Below, in pieces: positions 23,662-36,852 of a stretch of 64,000 bases of DNA. The notes under the pieces are model-generated. The model ran no database searches and was not told where the DNA came from. It saw only the letters and a program-made list of their open reading frames with translations. The stretch is from Lineus longissimus (Eukaryota), in assembly GCF_910592395.1 (NCBI RefSeq), contig NC_088309.1, positions 22,705,923 through 22,769,922 on the forward strand, given 5' to 3'. Both the position numbers and the translations under genes were made by a program. Within the stretch, counting starts at the first letter, position 1. Every line of letters starts with the position of its first letter.

Positions 23662-26214
23662 GTTTCTGTTTCTTATCTCCCACAACCTGGAACATAAGAG
23701 TACACATGTAATCAAAGTAATCTACTTCACGTAAGTCTACCTTCAAACATTACTTTATCAAGAGGGTCAACATGTAAACCAAGAGTTAAAAGATCTATTT
23801 GGATGCCAAAATACAATGAAAATACAATATTATGGTTAAAAAAACAGCGGTCCGGCATGAAGGCGGCAACAGGTCATCGGTCATGGTTCAGAGCAATTTG
23901 AACAGAAAGATTTCTACAGGCAATACTCATGCATGCACATGCTATAATCAGGAACTTGCACTGCAGTAAGCCCCATTACTGAAGGACTTAGCTATACGAC
24001 TTACCGAAAGACAATCACCAAGATAGGGTTTTTGTTATCCGCCCTACAGTTATGCCCATTGCTTCAACTCAACTGATTACCGATTCGTGACTCTGAAATG
24101 TAAAATAAGGCGGCTTTCAACAGCCTCCTCTTTGGCCTTTGAACACTCAAAAGTGAGCATCTTTGTTGTTAACTGTAGTAGCCCAACACTCAGACAACAG
24201 GCAAGTACCAACATCAAACATGTACAACTACAACCATGAAAATTAGGCCCAAAAAAGGTCATCAATTGACGAAATAAGTGCCATCTTACCATCATTTGGA
24301 ACGAGTTTACAATCCCCGATCACACACCAAAAAAAGGTCATCGGTTGACTAACGAAGCACCACTGTTCAATGGATTTATAGTTGAATTGAATGCGATCAA
24401 ACTACGTCATTTCCGATCGGGGATTGTACATTTTAACCCATCATTTCCCCTCAAAATACATTGTTCGGTAATAATATAAAGATTTGCATTTGGGGGTTCT
24501 GCCTGGTCTGCTCGTTAGTGCTTGAGCAGTTTGTTGACACACCCTGTATGTTCACACTCAGTCCCAGAGAGCAGCACATATTCATTGGCATTTTACGCCA
24601 GTTCAGAAGGGTACAGTGATGTCAAGTTATGTTACTTCTATGGACTAATACATAAACAGCAATAAAAATACCTTTCACTCACGATTGGACAACGATAACG
24701 ACGAAAAATACGTGTTATAGGATATAAAATTATTATCTTGGCTAATTTTTTTCATTTTCAAAAGGAACGATTCGACCGATTCCACCTTTGCCGTTATCCA
24801 TCCTCAGCATTTCCAGTCTGTACTGCTGTAAAACGGTCAGTAGCCGTTGTGACTGCCAATGACTAATAATTTATGATCAATCCTTGCGGGTTGTGACGGC
24901 TCCTTTTTTTCCTTTGAGTTTGCAGCACGTTTTTTCTTATATCGTATGTTCATGCATAGTTCTGACTCTGTAGCCAAATAGGGCATGGCGCCAGCAGCCC
25001 ATCCTGAGCAAGGGCGTAGCTGAGCCTTGGTTTAGGGGGGGAGGCTCTCTAATAGGGGGAGGAGGGGGGAAAAGGCTGTCCCCTTTGGAATGTTTGGTCC
25101 GTGGTGGGAGACAGAGGATCAGGCGTAAAATCTATTCTGCTACTTATGCTATTGCTAGTGAAACACGGAGGCCCATCCTGAACATCTGAGGAATCGCTTC
25201 TCCGGCCCTGCACAATCCCGGACACAAATACTTTGATATAATGGGCGCTTTCTTATAAGCTGAGGGGAAATGTCCCCGGCCTATAGACTCTTATGCAAGT
25301 CCCTTTGGTCATCCAGATCGCTTATTCCTCTTGTATATACCGCCGTGGGCAACAAGACGAAGTCGTTCCCCTGCCTCCGGAGTGTGCAGGGCCCGATATC
25401 ATCACCGGATATGAGCGAACGTCCAAACCCTGTCAAATTAATGGACTAGGGTTCTGGCCTGTCATGAAAGACATTGTCACAACCGACTATTCGTCCCGCT
25501 TTTGAATTTGAATTTGAATTTAAAAATATTTTTTAATTTCTAAAAGGTGGGGACCAAAAGTTACCAGGGAGAGAATTTTGATCTAGGGTCAAGTAATACC
25601 CGGGCAACTATTTCGCTCACCAAATTATAATGAAAATTACGTCGATCATCCTGTCATCACGCGATCGTCTGACCACATGGAAAATTCACCACACCAGCAC
25701 ACCAACTTTCAATTCATATTCCAAACTTCTCCGTTAAATTCTTTGATTTTACCACTTTTTCGCGACTAAAGACAAATTTTAGATGGTAAGTTCATAGATT
25801 AGGTATCGCAGCTCATTCATATTCCGATATTTTTGCGTTTCTTGTCTTTTCGGGGCAATGAAATTGAAAGGAGTTTTGTGCGGTTGGCCAAAATTTTGAT
25901 GATGGCGGCGTTCCCGCTACACCTGCGCGATGAGTTTTTTCATCAAAAAAACATCCGATTCTGTGTTACATGATACTCACCAAAGTGCCGGAGCCAGGTA
26001 TTCTTGTTCTGTGTGTAATCTACATTTTGTCAACTGAATTACGTGGAGATTTTTACCATTTTTGATGGCGAAAATCATGTTGAAACTGACCAGTCCAGTA
26101 CGGCCTCTTCGGCCATGTTGCATGCACGTGTTTTCTGTGTGCATTAACAACATGCATTGACTGTGTGTTGATCGTGCACTTGATTGCGGGAACAGGGCCT
26201 AGTACATGTAGTAG

Positions 26215-26925
26215 TTATACCGGCAAATCAGACAACGGTAATTTAGACACAGTAAATTAGACAACGGTAATCTAGACAATGGTCATTTTAGACAATGGTA
26301 TTGGTAATCTAGACACAAGGATAGGTAAATAAGACAATTTGAAGAGGTTGTTCACCTCTTCAGATTAGGAAAGATCTTCATTTTGGGAGTTGGCATGATC
26401 TGCTTAGGCCTATCAGCGGAAATTTGATTAACTGACTAATTGACTGTATTGTTATTTCTCAGGTAATTAAAGCTGACACCTTCATGACAAATTTTGCTTG
26501 GTGCAATTAAACTGCAATTGTAGTCCCTATAATAAGGGCCTAGTATAATCGAATGAACGGTATATTGGCTGAGACAGTCGGATTCATCTTTGAAGTATTT
26601 TTTTCTTTTAAGTTTTATCGTCTTAAGTTTTAAGACTAGGCCTACTATGTCCCCTTAGTAATTGCCTACTCAAAAAATCCAGTGTCATTTTGTGACCAAC
26701 TTGATGTTGTTAATTACTGCCACACTTCCCCAATCTTTGATATTGGATTTGAATTGAAGAGGTGCACAACCTTGTCAGATTGTCTAATTTACTTATCCTT
26801 GTGTCTAGATTACCATTGTCTAAAATGACCATTGTCTGGATTACCATTGTCTAAAATGACCATTATCTAGATCACCATTGTCTAATTTACTTTGTCTGAA
26901 TTATCGGTGTTTTATGAAGTTGAAT
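26215..26925. mobile_element. Foldback-like inverted-repeat element. The ~150-bp terminal inverted repeats are built from tagacaa(y)ggt(a/c)at sub-repeats and flank a ~390-bp core.
   Basis: 26221-26290 (ggtaatttagacacagtaaattagacaacggtaatctagacaatggtcattttagacaatggt) is the reverse complement of 26810-26890. The sub-repeats are visible by eye. Confidence 0.6.
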
Positions 26926-29399
26926 TGTCGCTGAGACTGCCCCAAGAGAGCCTCTGCACCATACAGTAAAAGGACGAAGCAGCTTGGTTTAACCTGGGGA
27001 AATATTCACTGACTAGGTGGTGCCAACATAAAAAAACATGATAGAGGGCACTGATGATTAGATGCCCAGTTTGCCTCCTACTGGCAAGTCATAGCATGTT
27101 TGTTGTTAAGTGTGAAATAAACTGTGCTATAAGCATGCATTTTGAAATGATTCCTTTTGCCTGTGATCTGAGCCTGTGCGAGACAATAAATGCAGATCAT
27201 AGAACTCGTTATGACAGTGACTGCTAGTTAGGAAGAAGACTCGTGGCATCATTAATGCATATTTAAAAAAGACAAAATTTGGCTGCAGTCAAGACCTCCT
27301 TTCAGTGAAAAGCTTGAGGTGTTACATATTCAAGAATTCTAATAGTTTGAGTTATTTTTCAGCCTGTATGGTTTCAAGGAAGATGAGATGGAGAGATACA
27401 ACATATTTCATACATGGAGAAACAAGTAAAATTCTCTGAACCTGGCTGACATAGATTAAATCTTGATTCCTGCCCAAATTATGAACAAAAATCTGCTTGA
27501 CCTCAATCACCTCAGACAGCGGACTCGACTAACTATCTGGAGATGGTATTTAGTATTTCATCGCATTGATACACCATCCAAAGCATCTTGTGATGAAGAA
27601 CAGCAGGAGTTCCCGGTGTGGACTGTAGGTAGGTTGGCCTAAACAACGCATAAGAAACTGGACAACAACACAGACAGTTCTCAACATTTTATCTTGCTGA
27701 ATGTATGTAACATAGTTACTGACAACTATTCGCAGAGTCTGAACAAACGTGATGGTTACAAGTCTGTATTACACCTCAGACCCGAGGTCTGCTTGGCAGG
27801 TAATGGCACTGGTTTCTAAAACAGCTTCGTATTTGCCTAGTGTCTTCATATTTGGCAGATGATGATCTAGGTGCGGAAAATCCAGGAGAACCGTTCTGCA
27901 TCATTATTTATTTTGTTTGGCAATTTTTTAAAATGAAAGCTGTGGTCCTTTCCAGCTCCTCCATCTAATGGCACAGACTGGAAAAGAGAAATGCTACTGC
28001 ACCATCGTCCTCCTGGTAATCAAGACAAGATAAGTCCACATGCAGAGGGTTGCAACTCCAACACCACTAACAAGATTTCACTGTGATCAGCTGACTGGAC
28101 AAAATGATAAAGGAATCTACACTATGTCGTTGGAAGGACAAGCAATCTTAAGAATACAAGGTTGGTGTGCAATGTGAATCTATGCAGGATAGATGTACAG
28201 TAGCCTGCTTGCTGGATATCTTATCAGAAAGCAAGTATGTCCAGAATGACGAGAAGTCAAAAAGTTTGTAACAAATTTTAGTCATTGTTTAAACACTGGT
28301 CAGGTGCTGTCCTGTGGTGTTCCTTTTACATTCTAAATAGTTGTTAGTCAGCAGTGCTGGCAAGTTCCTGGCAGATAAGGTTCCAGAGTGAACTGCAATC
28401 ACCATACGATGTCCTTGTGCATTTGACAACCCCCTCTTAGTAAGCCAGAGGCCTTTCATGGCCTCCGTCTTTGTAGAAGAAGTGATTAAAATCAAAAGAA
28501 CTATTGTCTTATTTTCATCACCTCAACAGGAAAACCACTGGTGAGTGAAGCTGGTGGAGCACTGTGGCATCTCTCATTAAAAAGCTGGGTTATTTGGACA
28601 AGGATCACGTCTACCAAGTTCAAATGTCTTGAACACGATAGGGCCCCTTCCAGTCCATTCTGACTGGAAAAGACATCTATCATCTATGGTTTGTGCATGA
28701 TCAAGGGTATCCACAGTTTCTTTGCTGGGATAAATGGAAAGTACTGGACTTCAACGATTGTGCGACAGCATTTCCTGTCCTAATGCCAAGGACCTTAACA
28801 TTTGATGACATCATTCCGTCATATATTGCAATGTCCACAATCATTTTATTAGTGGCTGTCGTTAATTGAAAGTTTTTAGAATGAATAGCAGAACGTATTT
28901 GATAAGACCTGCCATTTTGGATCAAAGTCCCTGTCCCTGATTGAGAGAGGCTCAATCCTCAATCGCGTGTAGACCACTAGGCTTTACAGCATGCCTGGGT
29001 TAAACATGGCCGTGAGAAACACCACGGTTAAATGAGTGCAAGAGAAGATCATTGAAATCACTTGACAGAAAACTGTGCTGAACATCTTTTTCCTTTACTC
29101 ACGTTCAGTCCTTATCATTATTTCAGCTTTGGTTCACCAGTTACATCCTCAGAAGATGCAGGACACTGTGAATATGGGGAATATCAAGAAGAACTGAGTG
29201 GCAACGAAAACACCTGAAGATTTACTTTTCAGCTAAGAATGACTTTGTAGGCCTAAAGGTTTAGAAGTTATACCTAAATTCCTCAGGACTATGGCTCACT
29301 CCTGAGGTAGCCTGGAAAACATTTCATCCTGGATGCAGAAAAAGACTATAGTTAGATTATTTGTTAGTTAATTTTCACTGTTGAAGGATACAGACACAG

Positions 29400-32300
29400 A
29401 TGTGAATCAGCAGGGAAGGTCCTTCTCAAGCGAGGAACCAACGTCTTGGTAATTGCGGCCACTGTAGCTTAGGTAGTAGAGTGACCTAGATGTAGTTGTT
29501 TTAGTCATTAAAATTCCTGGGATTAGTCGCATTAACCTTGAGTCTGTTGGACTGGGTCCACTGAACGTGATAAAATAATTAACACTGATTTGGAAATGAA
29601 ATGAAGAGTCTGCATTTTGGTGCAACTCCATATAACGGTCGGGTGATTTCGCTCTGAACTTGTGACACTCTGATCGGTCTGAAATAAATCATTATCCCGC
29701 CCCTCTGGGAAAAATTTGCAGCCAGATTGCACCATTTCCTGTTACCGTCTGAGAGATGGCGATGTCAGGGGCGCATGGCGGTGGTTAAACCTATTGCGAA
29801 TGGGCAGCACAATTGGGTGTAGGATATTCCGAAACCATTGCACACTCCTGAATCTGCGGTGGGTTGGTACCCCACGCTACGTAAGGAGTAGGTTTCTGGG
29901 TAAGACTTGGTCCACGTGAATGGGTCGTGCCTTAAAAATGATGAGAAGTTGCGAATTGACGCCCTGTGAAGTGTCCTTCGACCAACTAGTGCTAATCCGG
30001 TCACTGTCTCCAGGTCACCATGCCTCGGTCAATGAGCGGGCGAAGCACCCAATGGCTCCGTCAGGAGTACATCGTCAACTTCAGCCCGTAGTCAAACCGG
30101 TACGTGCACAAATATCTTAGTTGAGAGTGGGGGACATCAGTAAAGTGCTTCTCATCGGGGTAATACAGTACCACTGTATACAATGACCCCATTTTTTGTT
30201 GGATTCATTTCCACTGAGGGAGTGGTCGATAATGAGAATTTCAGGCCAGTCTGATTATCACCAGTACAGAGGGCAATTATCTAATAGTTATGTGGCTTTC
30301 CCTCAAACTGTATACTCTTTCATGTCAATTGTAAATTGGTGTTGCTTGGTAGTGTTCAGGGTCTTTTTGTCGAACAGGCACATCTGCATACCAGTAATTA
30401 TGTGCAGACTTGGCTCTTTCTTTGGAGCAGTACAGTTGTAAGATAAATCCTGTTTGTAATTTTGTAAATTAGTTGCTCATTAAGGGCTTACGAAGGTTTT
30501 GATGCCTTGCTGGCATATCTGCATACCAGTAAATATGTGCAGATTCATTTCTTGCTTTGAAGCAATATTGTTGCTACACTCCTAAAGCGGTGGCAATGCT
30601 CAGGTCTTTTCTGCCTCGCGGGCAAATCTGCATTACAGTAATTATGTGCAGACTTGGCTCTTCCTGAGATTGTAGGACTGGGTCCATTGAATGTAACAAA
30701 AATAATCGATGCCTATTTACAAATGAAATGAAGAGTCTGCATTTTGGTGCAACTCCATATAACTGTCGGGTGATTTCGCTCTGAACTTGTGACACTCTGA
30801 TCAGTCTGAAATAAATCATTATCCCGCCCCTCTGGGAAAAATTTGCAGCCAGATTGCACCATTTCCTGTTACCGTCTGAGAGATGGCGATGTCAGGGGCG
30901 CATGACGGTGGTTAAACCTATTGCGAATGGGCAGCACAATTGGGTGTAGGATATTCCGAAACCATTGCACACTCCTGAATCTGCGGTGGGTTAGTACCCC
31001 ACGCTACGTAAGGAGTAGGTTTCTGGGTAAGACTTGGTCCACGTGAATGGGTCGTGCCTTAAAAATGATGAGAAGTTGCGAATTGACGCCCTGTGAAGTG
31101 TCCTTCGACCAACTAGTGCTAATCCGGTCACTGTCTCCAGGTCACCATGCCTCGGTCAATGAGCGGGCGAAGCACCCAATGGCTCCGTCAGGAGTACATC
31201 GTCAACTTCAGCCCGTAGTCAAACCGGTACGTGCACAAATATCTTAGTTGAGAGTGGGGGACATCAGTAAAGTGCTTCTCATCGGGGTAATACAGTACCA
31301 CTGTATACAATGACCCCATTTTTTGTTGGATTCATTTCCACTGAGGAGTGGTCGAAAATGAGAATTTCAGGCCAGTCTGATTATCACCAGTACAGAGGGC
31401 AATTATCTAATAGTTATGTGGCTTTCCCTCAAACTGTATACTCTTTCATGTCAATTGTAAATTAGTGTTGCTTGGTAGTGTTCAGGGTCTTTTTGTCGAA
31501 CAGGCACATCTGCATACCAGTAATTATGTGCAGACTTGGCTCTTTCTTTGGAGCAGTACAGTTGTAAGATAAATCCTGTTTGTAATTTTATAAATTAGTT
31601 GCTCATTAAGGGCTTACGAAGGATTGATGCCTTGCTGGCATATCTGCATACCAGTAAATATGTGCAGATTCATTTCTTGCTTTGAAGCAATATTGTTGCT
31701 ACACTCCTAAAGCGGTGGCAATGCTCAGGTCTTTTCTGCCTCGCGGGCAAATCTGCATACCAGTAATTATATGCAGACTTAAGTTTTGCTTTGAAGCAAT
31801 ATCAGTGCTACACTTTTGAAGCAGTGGCAGTGTTCAGGTTTTGTCTGCCTCGCTGACATATCTGCATACCAGTAGTTATGTGCAGACCTGGCTCTTTCTT
31901 TGGAGCAGTACAGTTGCAAGATAAAGCCTGTTTGTAATTTTATAAATTAGTTACTCATTAAGGGCTTACGAAGGTTTTGATGCCTTGCTGGCATATCTGC
32001 ATACCAGTAAATATGTTTTGAGGAAGTCCTGGCAGATCCAGAAAACCATCCTCCATACTCTGTAGTTAACAAGACGTTCTCTTGAAAAGCGCCAGAGCAT
32101 TTTAGATCACAATTAATTGACTTCACCCTTGGCCTTATAGTATGGCAAGATTCTTTTATATCAACTCTTGTTGATACTTTGTTGTGCACATAATTTTGTA
32201 ATGTTTCAGTGTCGGTTGTAGATAAGAAGTTAGAGTGACGTGGATAATAAATAATGTAAATATATATCTTAGTTGGTTAAGTTCGTGTTCAGAGTTGCGA

Positions 32301-32580
32301 AGTTGATACAGTGAAAAATATATAAGCCCTTTTACCGCTACACTTGCTTTGAAGCAATATTGTTGCTAAACTCCTAAAGCAGTGGCAATGTTCAGGTCTT
32401 TTCTGCCTCTCGGGCAAATCTGCATACCAGTAATTATGTGCAGACTTGGCTCTTCCAGAGATTGTAGGACTTGGTCCTTTGAATGTAACAAAAATAATCG
32501 ATGCCTATTTACAAATGAAATGAAGAGTCTGCATTTTGGTGCAACTCCATATAACTGTCAGGTGATTTCGCTCTGAAATG
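29400..32580. repeat. Complex tandem array. Two full ~1,127-bp units start at ~29590 and ~30717, followed by partial units, and ~120-bp sub-repeats each carry a near-palindromic core aTCTGCATACCAGTAAtTATGTGCAGAc.
   Basis: Identical ORFs 29920..30120 and 31047..31247 result from the duplication. Long identical blocks were read directly (for example gaaatgaagagtctgcattttggtgcaactccatataac... at 29597, 30724 and 32517). Confidence 0.8.
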
Positions 32581-33164
32581 TCCTTGTATACCTGAATATT
32601 ATGCGTAGGTGTCTAAATTTCACCTAGGGTGGCATGATGGAGACAAAGTCACAACCTATAATGGACACTAATGAATCTGATTCAGCTACATCAGTGGGTG
32701 TGAGGTGAAGATTTGCACAGAGTGTAAAATAGTGTGGTATATGCCACGGGGCATATAACGCACTATTTTTCACAAGGGTGAAATTTAATCTTGACCCGCC
32801 GGAATGCACACACTAAATAAGTAGCCCTCTCTGTTCACCATGCTGCAAACAGGTTTATAGGGACAAGGTCACAACCTGTGGGGGAGGGAAGTGAAGCTCT
32901 TAGTCCCCTCTAATGTAGTAGAAGAGCTAGTAAATCCATTTGCTTGGAGTGCTTCATTCTAATCATTAGTTTAACATGCCCCATTTACACTCCAGACCCA
33001 ATGGACAGGCCTCGTCTTTATGCCTTGTACACAGAGGATGGACAATCAGGATGTTGAAACAGATTGTATTGGAGTCCCTAGCCCTATTTGGCTCTGGAGT
33101 AGCAAGTACAGCAATGGATTGGGGAACAAAAATAACGGAGTACAGTATTACCACTCTATCAAGG

Positions 33165-33270
33165 ACACTCTTGTGGGACTGACAAGTGCTGTCCTAGAGG
33201 TGTCCTGATTAGAGAGGTCAAATTGAATGGAAACTAAAACTTTGGGACTAAACCTTGTGTTCCACTCTTA
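33165..33270. repeat. Dispersed ~150-bp repeat family, copy B (3'-truncated).
   Basis: gggactgacaagtgctgtcctagaggtgtcctgattagagaggtcaaattgaatggaaactaaaactttgggactaaacc matches copies A and C. Confidence 0.6.
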
Positions 33271-35185
33271 GTCTTAAGAAGTCTTACCGCAATTGCTTGG
33301 AGGTAGGCCTAGGTTCCAGTTCATCATCACAACCGGCATCAAAAGTTTTAAAATCATTGTTCAAGACATGAAGAGAATGAATAAAAATGGTAGATCTGTT
33401 GAGGTTCTTTGCAAGACTAGTACATTCAAATACAGCTAATAGGTCCCACCCAGTGTCTTATGTCATTGGCAATATCAAAAAGGCCTAAAAACTAAAGTTA
33501 AGAGGGCATGCTCAATTTCATAGGAAAGTGGCTTTGGCGACAGTACTGCCATCTAGCGGTAAAAAGTTGAACTGATAGTTTTGGACGAAGATTTCAGTTT
33601 CATTTGCTACCGCGAGACAGCGCCACTGTCGCCTGAGCGAATTTCACACCAGGAATTGATTGGTTTTCGAGCCAATTTCACAACTGGAATTGATTGGTTT
33701 TCATGCCAGTATCAAACTAAGGGGAAATTGATGAAAATAACATCTATCTTATCTATCTTTGTGTGCCACAAGTGAAGACACAACAATGAATAAGAAAAAA
33801 CAACATCTACTAAGTAATTGATTTTCAACTTTTATAAGTATTTACACCTTCTCTCAGGATGGAGAAGGTTGCCCTCTTTCAGGAAGGAATTATGTCAAAA
33901 TTATACTAAAGCAAAACATATCTCTCCCTGGAACCGCAGAATAACAAAGTGTCTTCTCGCATCAACAGTTCTTTATTAGTTGACGAAAATTGATTGTTTT
34001 TTGGCTTCAATATGATTTTAACATGCACCCTTGAGGTCAAGATTTTTTTTTTAATCTGCCAAAGACGCATGCATATGTATCAAAGGTACAAAACCAACTG
34101 TGAAGACATTATAAGCTTTTATGGAATCTCACCATAAAGTTTGGAGTAATACTCTGCTGACAAGTTTCCAGAGACATTGAGATAGAGGAAATGACAATGA
34201 TACATCTCATTACACTGATCTACTCCAGCAACAAGAACTCTACAAAAATCACACTAATCACACTATAAAGACCAAGTTGTAAGTCATTTGAGAGAGAAAG
34301 ACATTTACAATATAAATTAAGATTAATGCAAATTATGGCACAAACAGATATCTACAAAACTTAGCAGATGCAGACCACATTCATGATCAAATATATCCGT
34401 GATAAAACCAAAGCTTTAAAAGGGGGACTATAGGCAGGAGCTAGGTGGCCTCAAGTTGGTGGTCACTAGCTGACTTATATGAACAGTTGGAGAATTTCAT
34501 CTGGTTTACTAAGTGATAAAAACCTTTCTTGTACAAGCACAAAAAGTGCCCATGTGAGATCGTGGAGACACATTTAGGCTACTTCAGATAACTTGATCTG
34601 GTCCAGCTTGCCCCTGCCCATCCCTTGAAATTTAAAATTTTCAGTAGAGGACGAAAATTGCTATGGAGCGTTTTACACTAACGTTATTCAAATATACAAA
34701 TATTTACAAGTCACCGAAAGGAAACGACTGAGAAATAAAGACTAGCAATTTGATAATACTGATGAGCTGGAGCAGTTGTGCCTTCCAAAGAATATCCATA
34801 ATATATAATTGGCCACCGCTTGATGTACTGGTAAAATCTCTAGAGTATCCCTGGAATGTGGAATGGTGGCAGAATGTATAGCTTCGAAACTGAAAAAATA
34901 ATCTAGAGTCTTTCATTAACTGGACTTGCATAAACCGGAGCGGTCTTCCAAGTCCCAAGTTCTAAGTCTGTTAATGACAGGCATAACCCACTTCATACAT
35001 TACAGACGAAAAATGCTCATCCTGTCGAGTTTGATATACGAAAGTTTGATTGTAGTTGGGCGATCTAATTGTGTCTTCATCTAAATTAATAATCAGATTT
35101 GAACTTGTCAAATAAATGTATTTAAATAATTCTTTAACCTCTTGTACAAGGCCTACTCCAACCAGCTATCAGTAAGTCCAACACT

Positions 35186-35800
35186 TCAGAGAGGACACAT
35201 CCGCGATGTGTCAACCTCGATTTTCACAAACAACGAGTCCTCCTTCAAATAATGTCTGGTTCGTATTGTCTCATGGGGGACAAATTTTGGGTATCCAAAC
35301 CCTAATGAATTGTCTTCCTTGCCTGGCTTTTGAAAATGCTTCCAGGATGGATCAGGTACGAAACTCTCCATGATATCAGTCCGGCTGTCTAATTTGGAGG
35401 TCTGATCAATCAGGAAGAAAGACACAGGCAACTTGAACGGCCATTCCAACAAAGTGTCATACTCCCCAGGAAGAAGTTTGATATACAATGAGAAATACTT
35501 CCCCTCCCCGGATCCGTTACCGTTCAGAAATGCGGATGCGATTAATTTGTATCCATAGCGACTAGTATAGAAAGGTTCACTCATGATTTCTAATCCAAGT
35601 TTCGATCTTGCCTCAGCAAGTTTCAGTTTATAGTCTGTGACCTTCCAAATGAAGACACCGTCCGTGACCTGAGATAAATTGTTCACCTTTGCACGTAGTG
35701 CATTGATCTGTTGCTGTTGACGACGGACATGTTTGCACATCATTGTCAGATGTCCTTTCGTATTGTCATCCAGGTGGCGCTCAAGGTTAAAGCGAGGACA
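35186..35800 (-). CDS. TRAF4: TRAF4 last exon: short coiled coil plus TRAF-C/MATH domain (CPRFNLERHLDD...SAFLNGNGSGEGKYFSLYIKLLPGEYDTLLEWPF...SLGFGYPKFVPHETIRTRHYLKEDSLFVKIEVDTSRMCPL, then stop).
   Basis: The MATH domain is near-identical to human TRAF4 in its hallmark blocks (SAFLNGNGSGEG, LLEWPF, SLGFGYPKF). The short coiled coil is typical of TRAF4. Acceptor tcatttcag|. Confidence 0.9.
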   Translation of the reverse strand, partial: CPRFNLERHLDDNTKGHLTMMCKHVRRQQQQINALRAKVNNLSQVTDGVFIWKVTDYKLKLAEARSKLGLEIMSEPFYTSRYGYKLIASAFLNGNGSGEGKYFSLYIKLLPGEYDTLLEWPFKLPVSFFLIDQTSKLDSRTDIMESFVPDPSWKHFQKPGKEDNSLGFGYPKFVPHETIRTRHYLKEDSLFVKIEVDTSRMCPL

Positions 35801-36145
35801 CTGAAATGAGAGAAATCTAAGGTTACGTAGAGTTCCACAGCATTTCTTTTATATCATGGAGATTCAATTAAAGCTAGGCCTACATCTGACATCATAATGT
35901 CATAGTTTCAACCCAATTAGGTGATATGTTTGGTGGTAACTAAATTTTGGGGGCACTAAATTGTTTTTGTCCCCTTTACCTAAAGTATCTTAACACAATC
36001 CAGTGTTGCTCTTGTCATCAAGAAATCGTCTCAGTTAACCTTGTCGCTCTTAGATGGCAACTCAATCTTCTACTAAGGGTCTAATGATGTATGGCAAAAA
36101 TCGGAATATTCCGAAACAATCTATTTAAGAACGAAGTCAAGTTAC

Positions 36146-36301
36146 CTTATGTTGACAGCCATATTCTTTAAACATACAAGAAATCGTAGCCGACGGACAA
36201 CATTCGTTTATGTGAGAGTCGATTTCTTCCCGTGGGATCTTGACTGGTTCACATCGATTTGGACATGGAATAGGATACCGTGGACAAGAGTACTGATGGG
36301 T
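36146..36301 (-). CDS. TRAF4: TRAF4 exon 6, TRAF zinc finger (THQYSCPRYPIPCPNRCEPVKIPREEIDSHINECCPSATISCMFKEYGCQHK).
   Basis: Matches human SHQYQCPRLPVACPNQCGVGTVAREDLPGHLKDSCNTALVLCPFKDSGCKHR. Acceptor tcctttcag| and donor AAG|gtaact. Confidence 0.9.
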
Positions 36302-36690
36302 CTGAAAGGACAAGTGGGGTAAAGTTCACTTTGACAGAGCCAAATGATTATTTAAAGTATGTAGCGACAAAATTGGCATTGAAAATGTCATGCCAGTATG
36401 GACTGCCTTTAATAACTCAATGTTGTTCCTCCTGTACGATGGTAAATCATAAGAATGAATGACACCAAAACTAAAGTGACTCCATAGGTCAGTTTGAGTT
36501 ACTCGAAGTCATCAATAGTGGTCTATTTATGCTTGTTCGAGGATTATATTTGATGCTCAGTCAAACACAGCTTAGATTAGAGAAAACTATTCTCTCCCCA
36601 ATGTAAGTATCTACCTTAAAGGCAGTTGTTGACTAGAGAATTGCGAGAGAAATCTATATCCTATAAGGAGTCAAAAAAAGTTGTACTAAC

Positions 36691-36852
36691 CTGTAGAGTC
36701 TCATACAAGAACTCCTTTTGGCAGTATCGACAGTTGGCTAATCGCTTATGACACTCATTCTTCGTGTGATTCCCGAGAAACCGTCTCTGGAGCTTAGCAC
36801 CACATTTATTTTCACACCAGACAACCTCATATTGGCAGTTCCCTTCGTGAGT
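36691..36852 (-). CDS. TRAF4: TRAF4 exon 5, TRAF zinc finger (THEGNCQYEVVWCENKCGAKLQRRFLGNHTKNECHKRLANCRYCQKEFLYETLQ).
   Basis: Matches human SHEGMCPQESVYCENKCGARMMRRLLAQHATSECPKRTQPCTYCTKEFVFDTIQ. Acceptor ttccag| and donor CAG|gttagt. Confidence 0.9.

Noticed and set aside
29920-31247. Two identical 66-aa ORFs (MGRALKMMRSCELTPCEV...)
   Set aside because: Their identity is explained by the 1.13-kb tandem duplication. There is no domain similarity or splice context, so they are treated as repeat by-products.
29400-32580. CRISPR-like interpretation of the regularly spaced repeats
   Set aside because: The units are 120 bp to 1.1 kb, with similar rather than unique intervening sequence, and the context is eukaryotic (spliced genes). 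This is a satellite or tandem duplication, not a CRISPR array.
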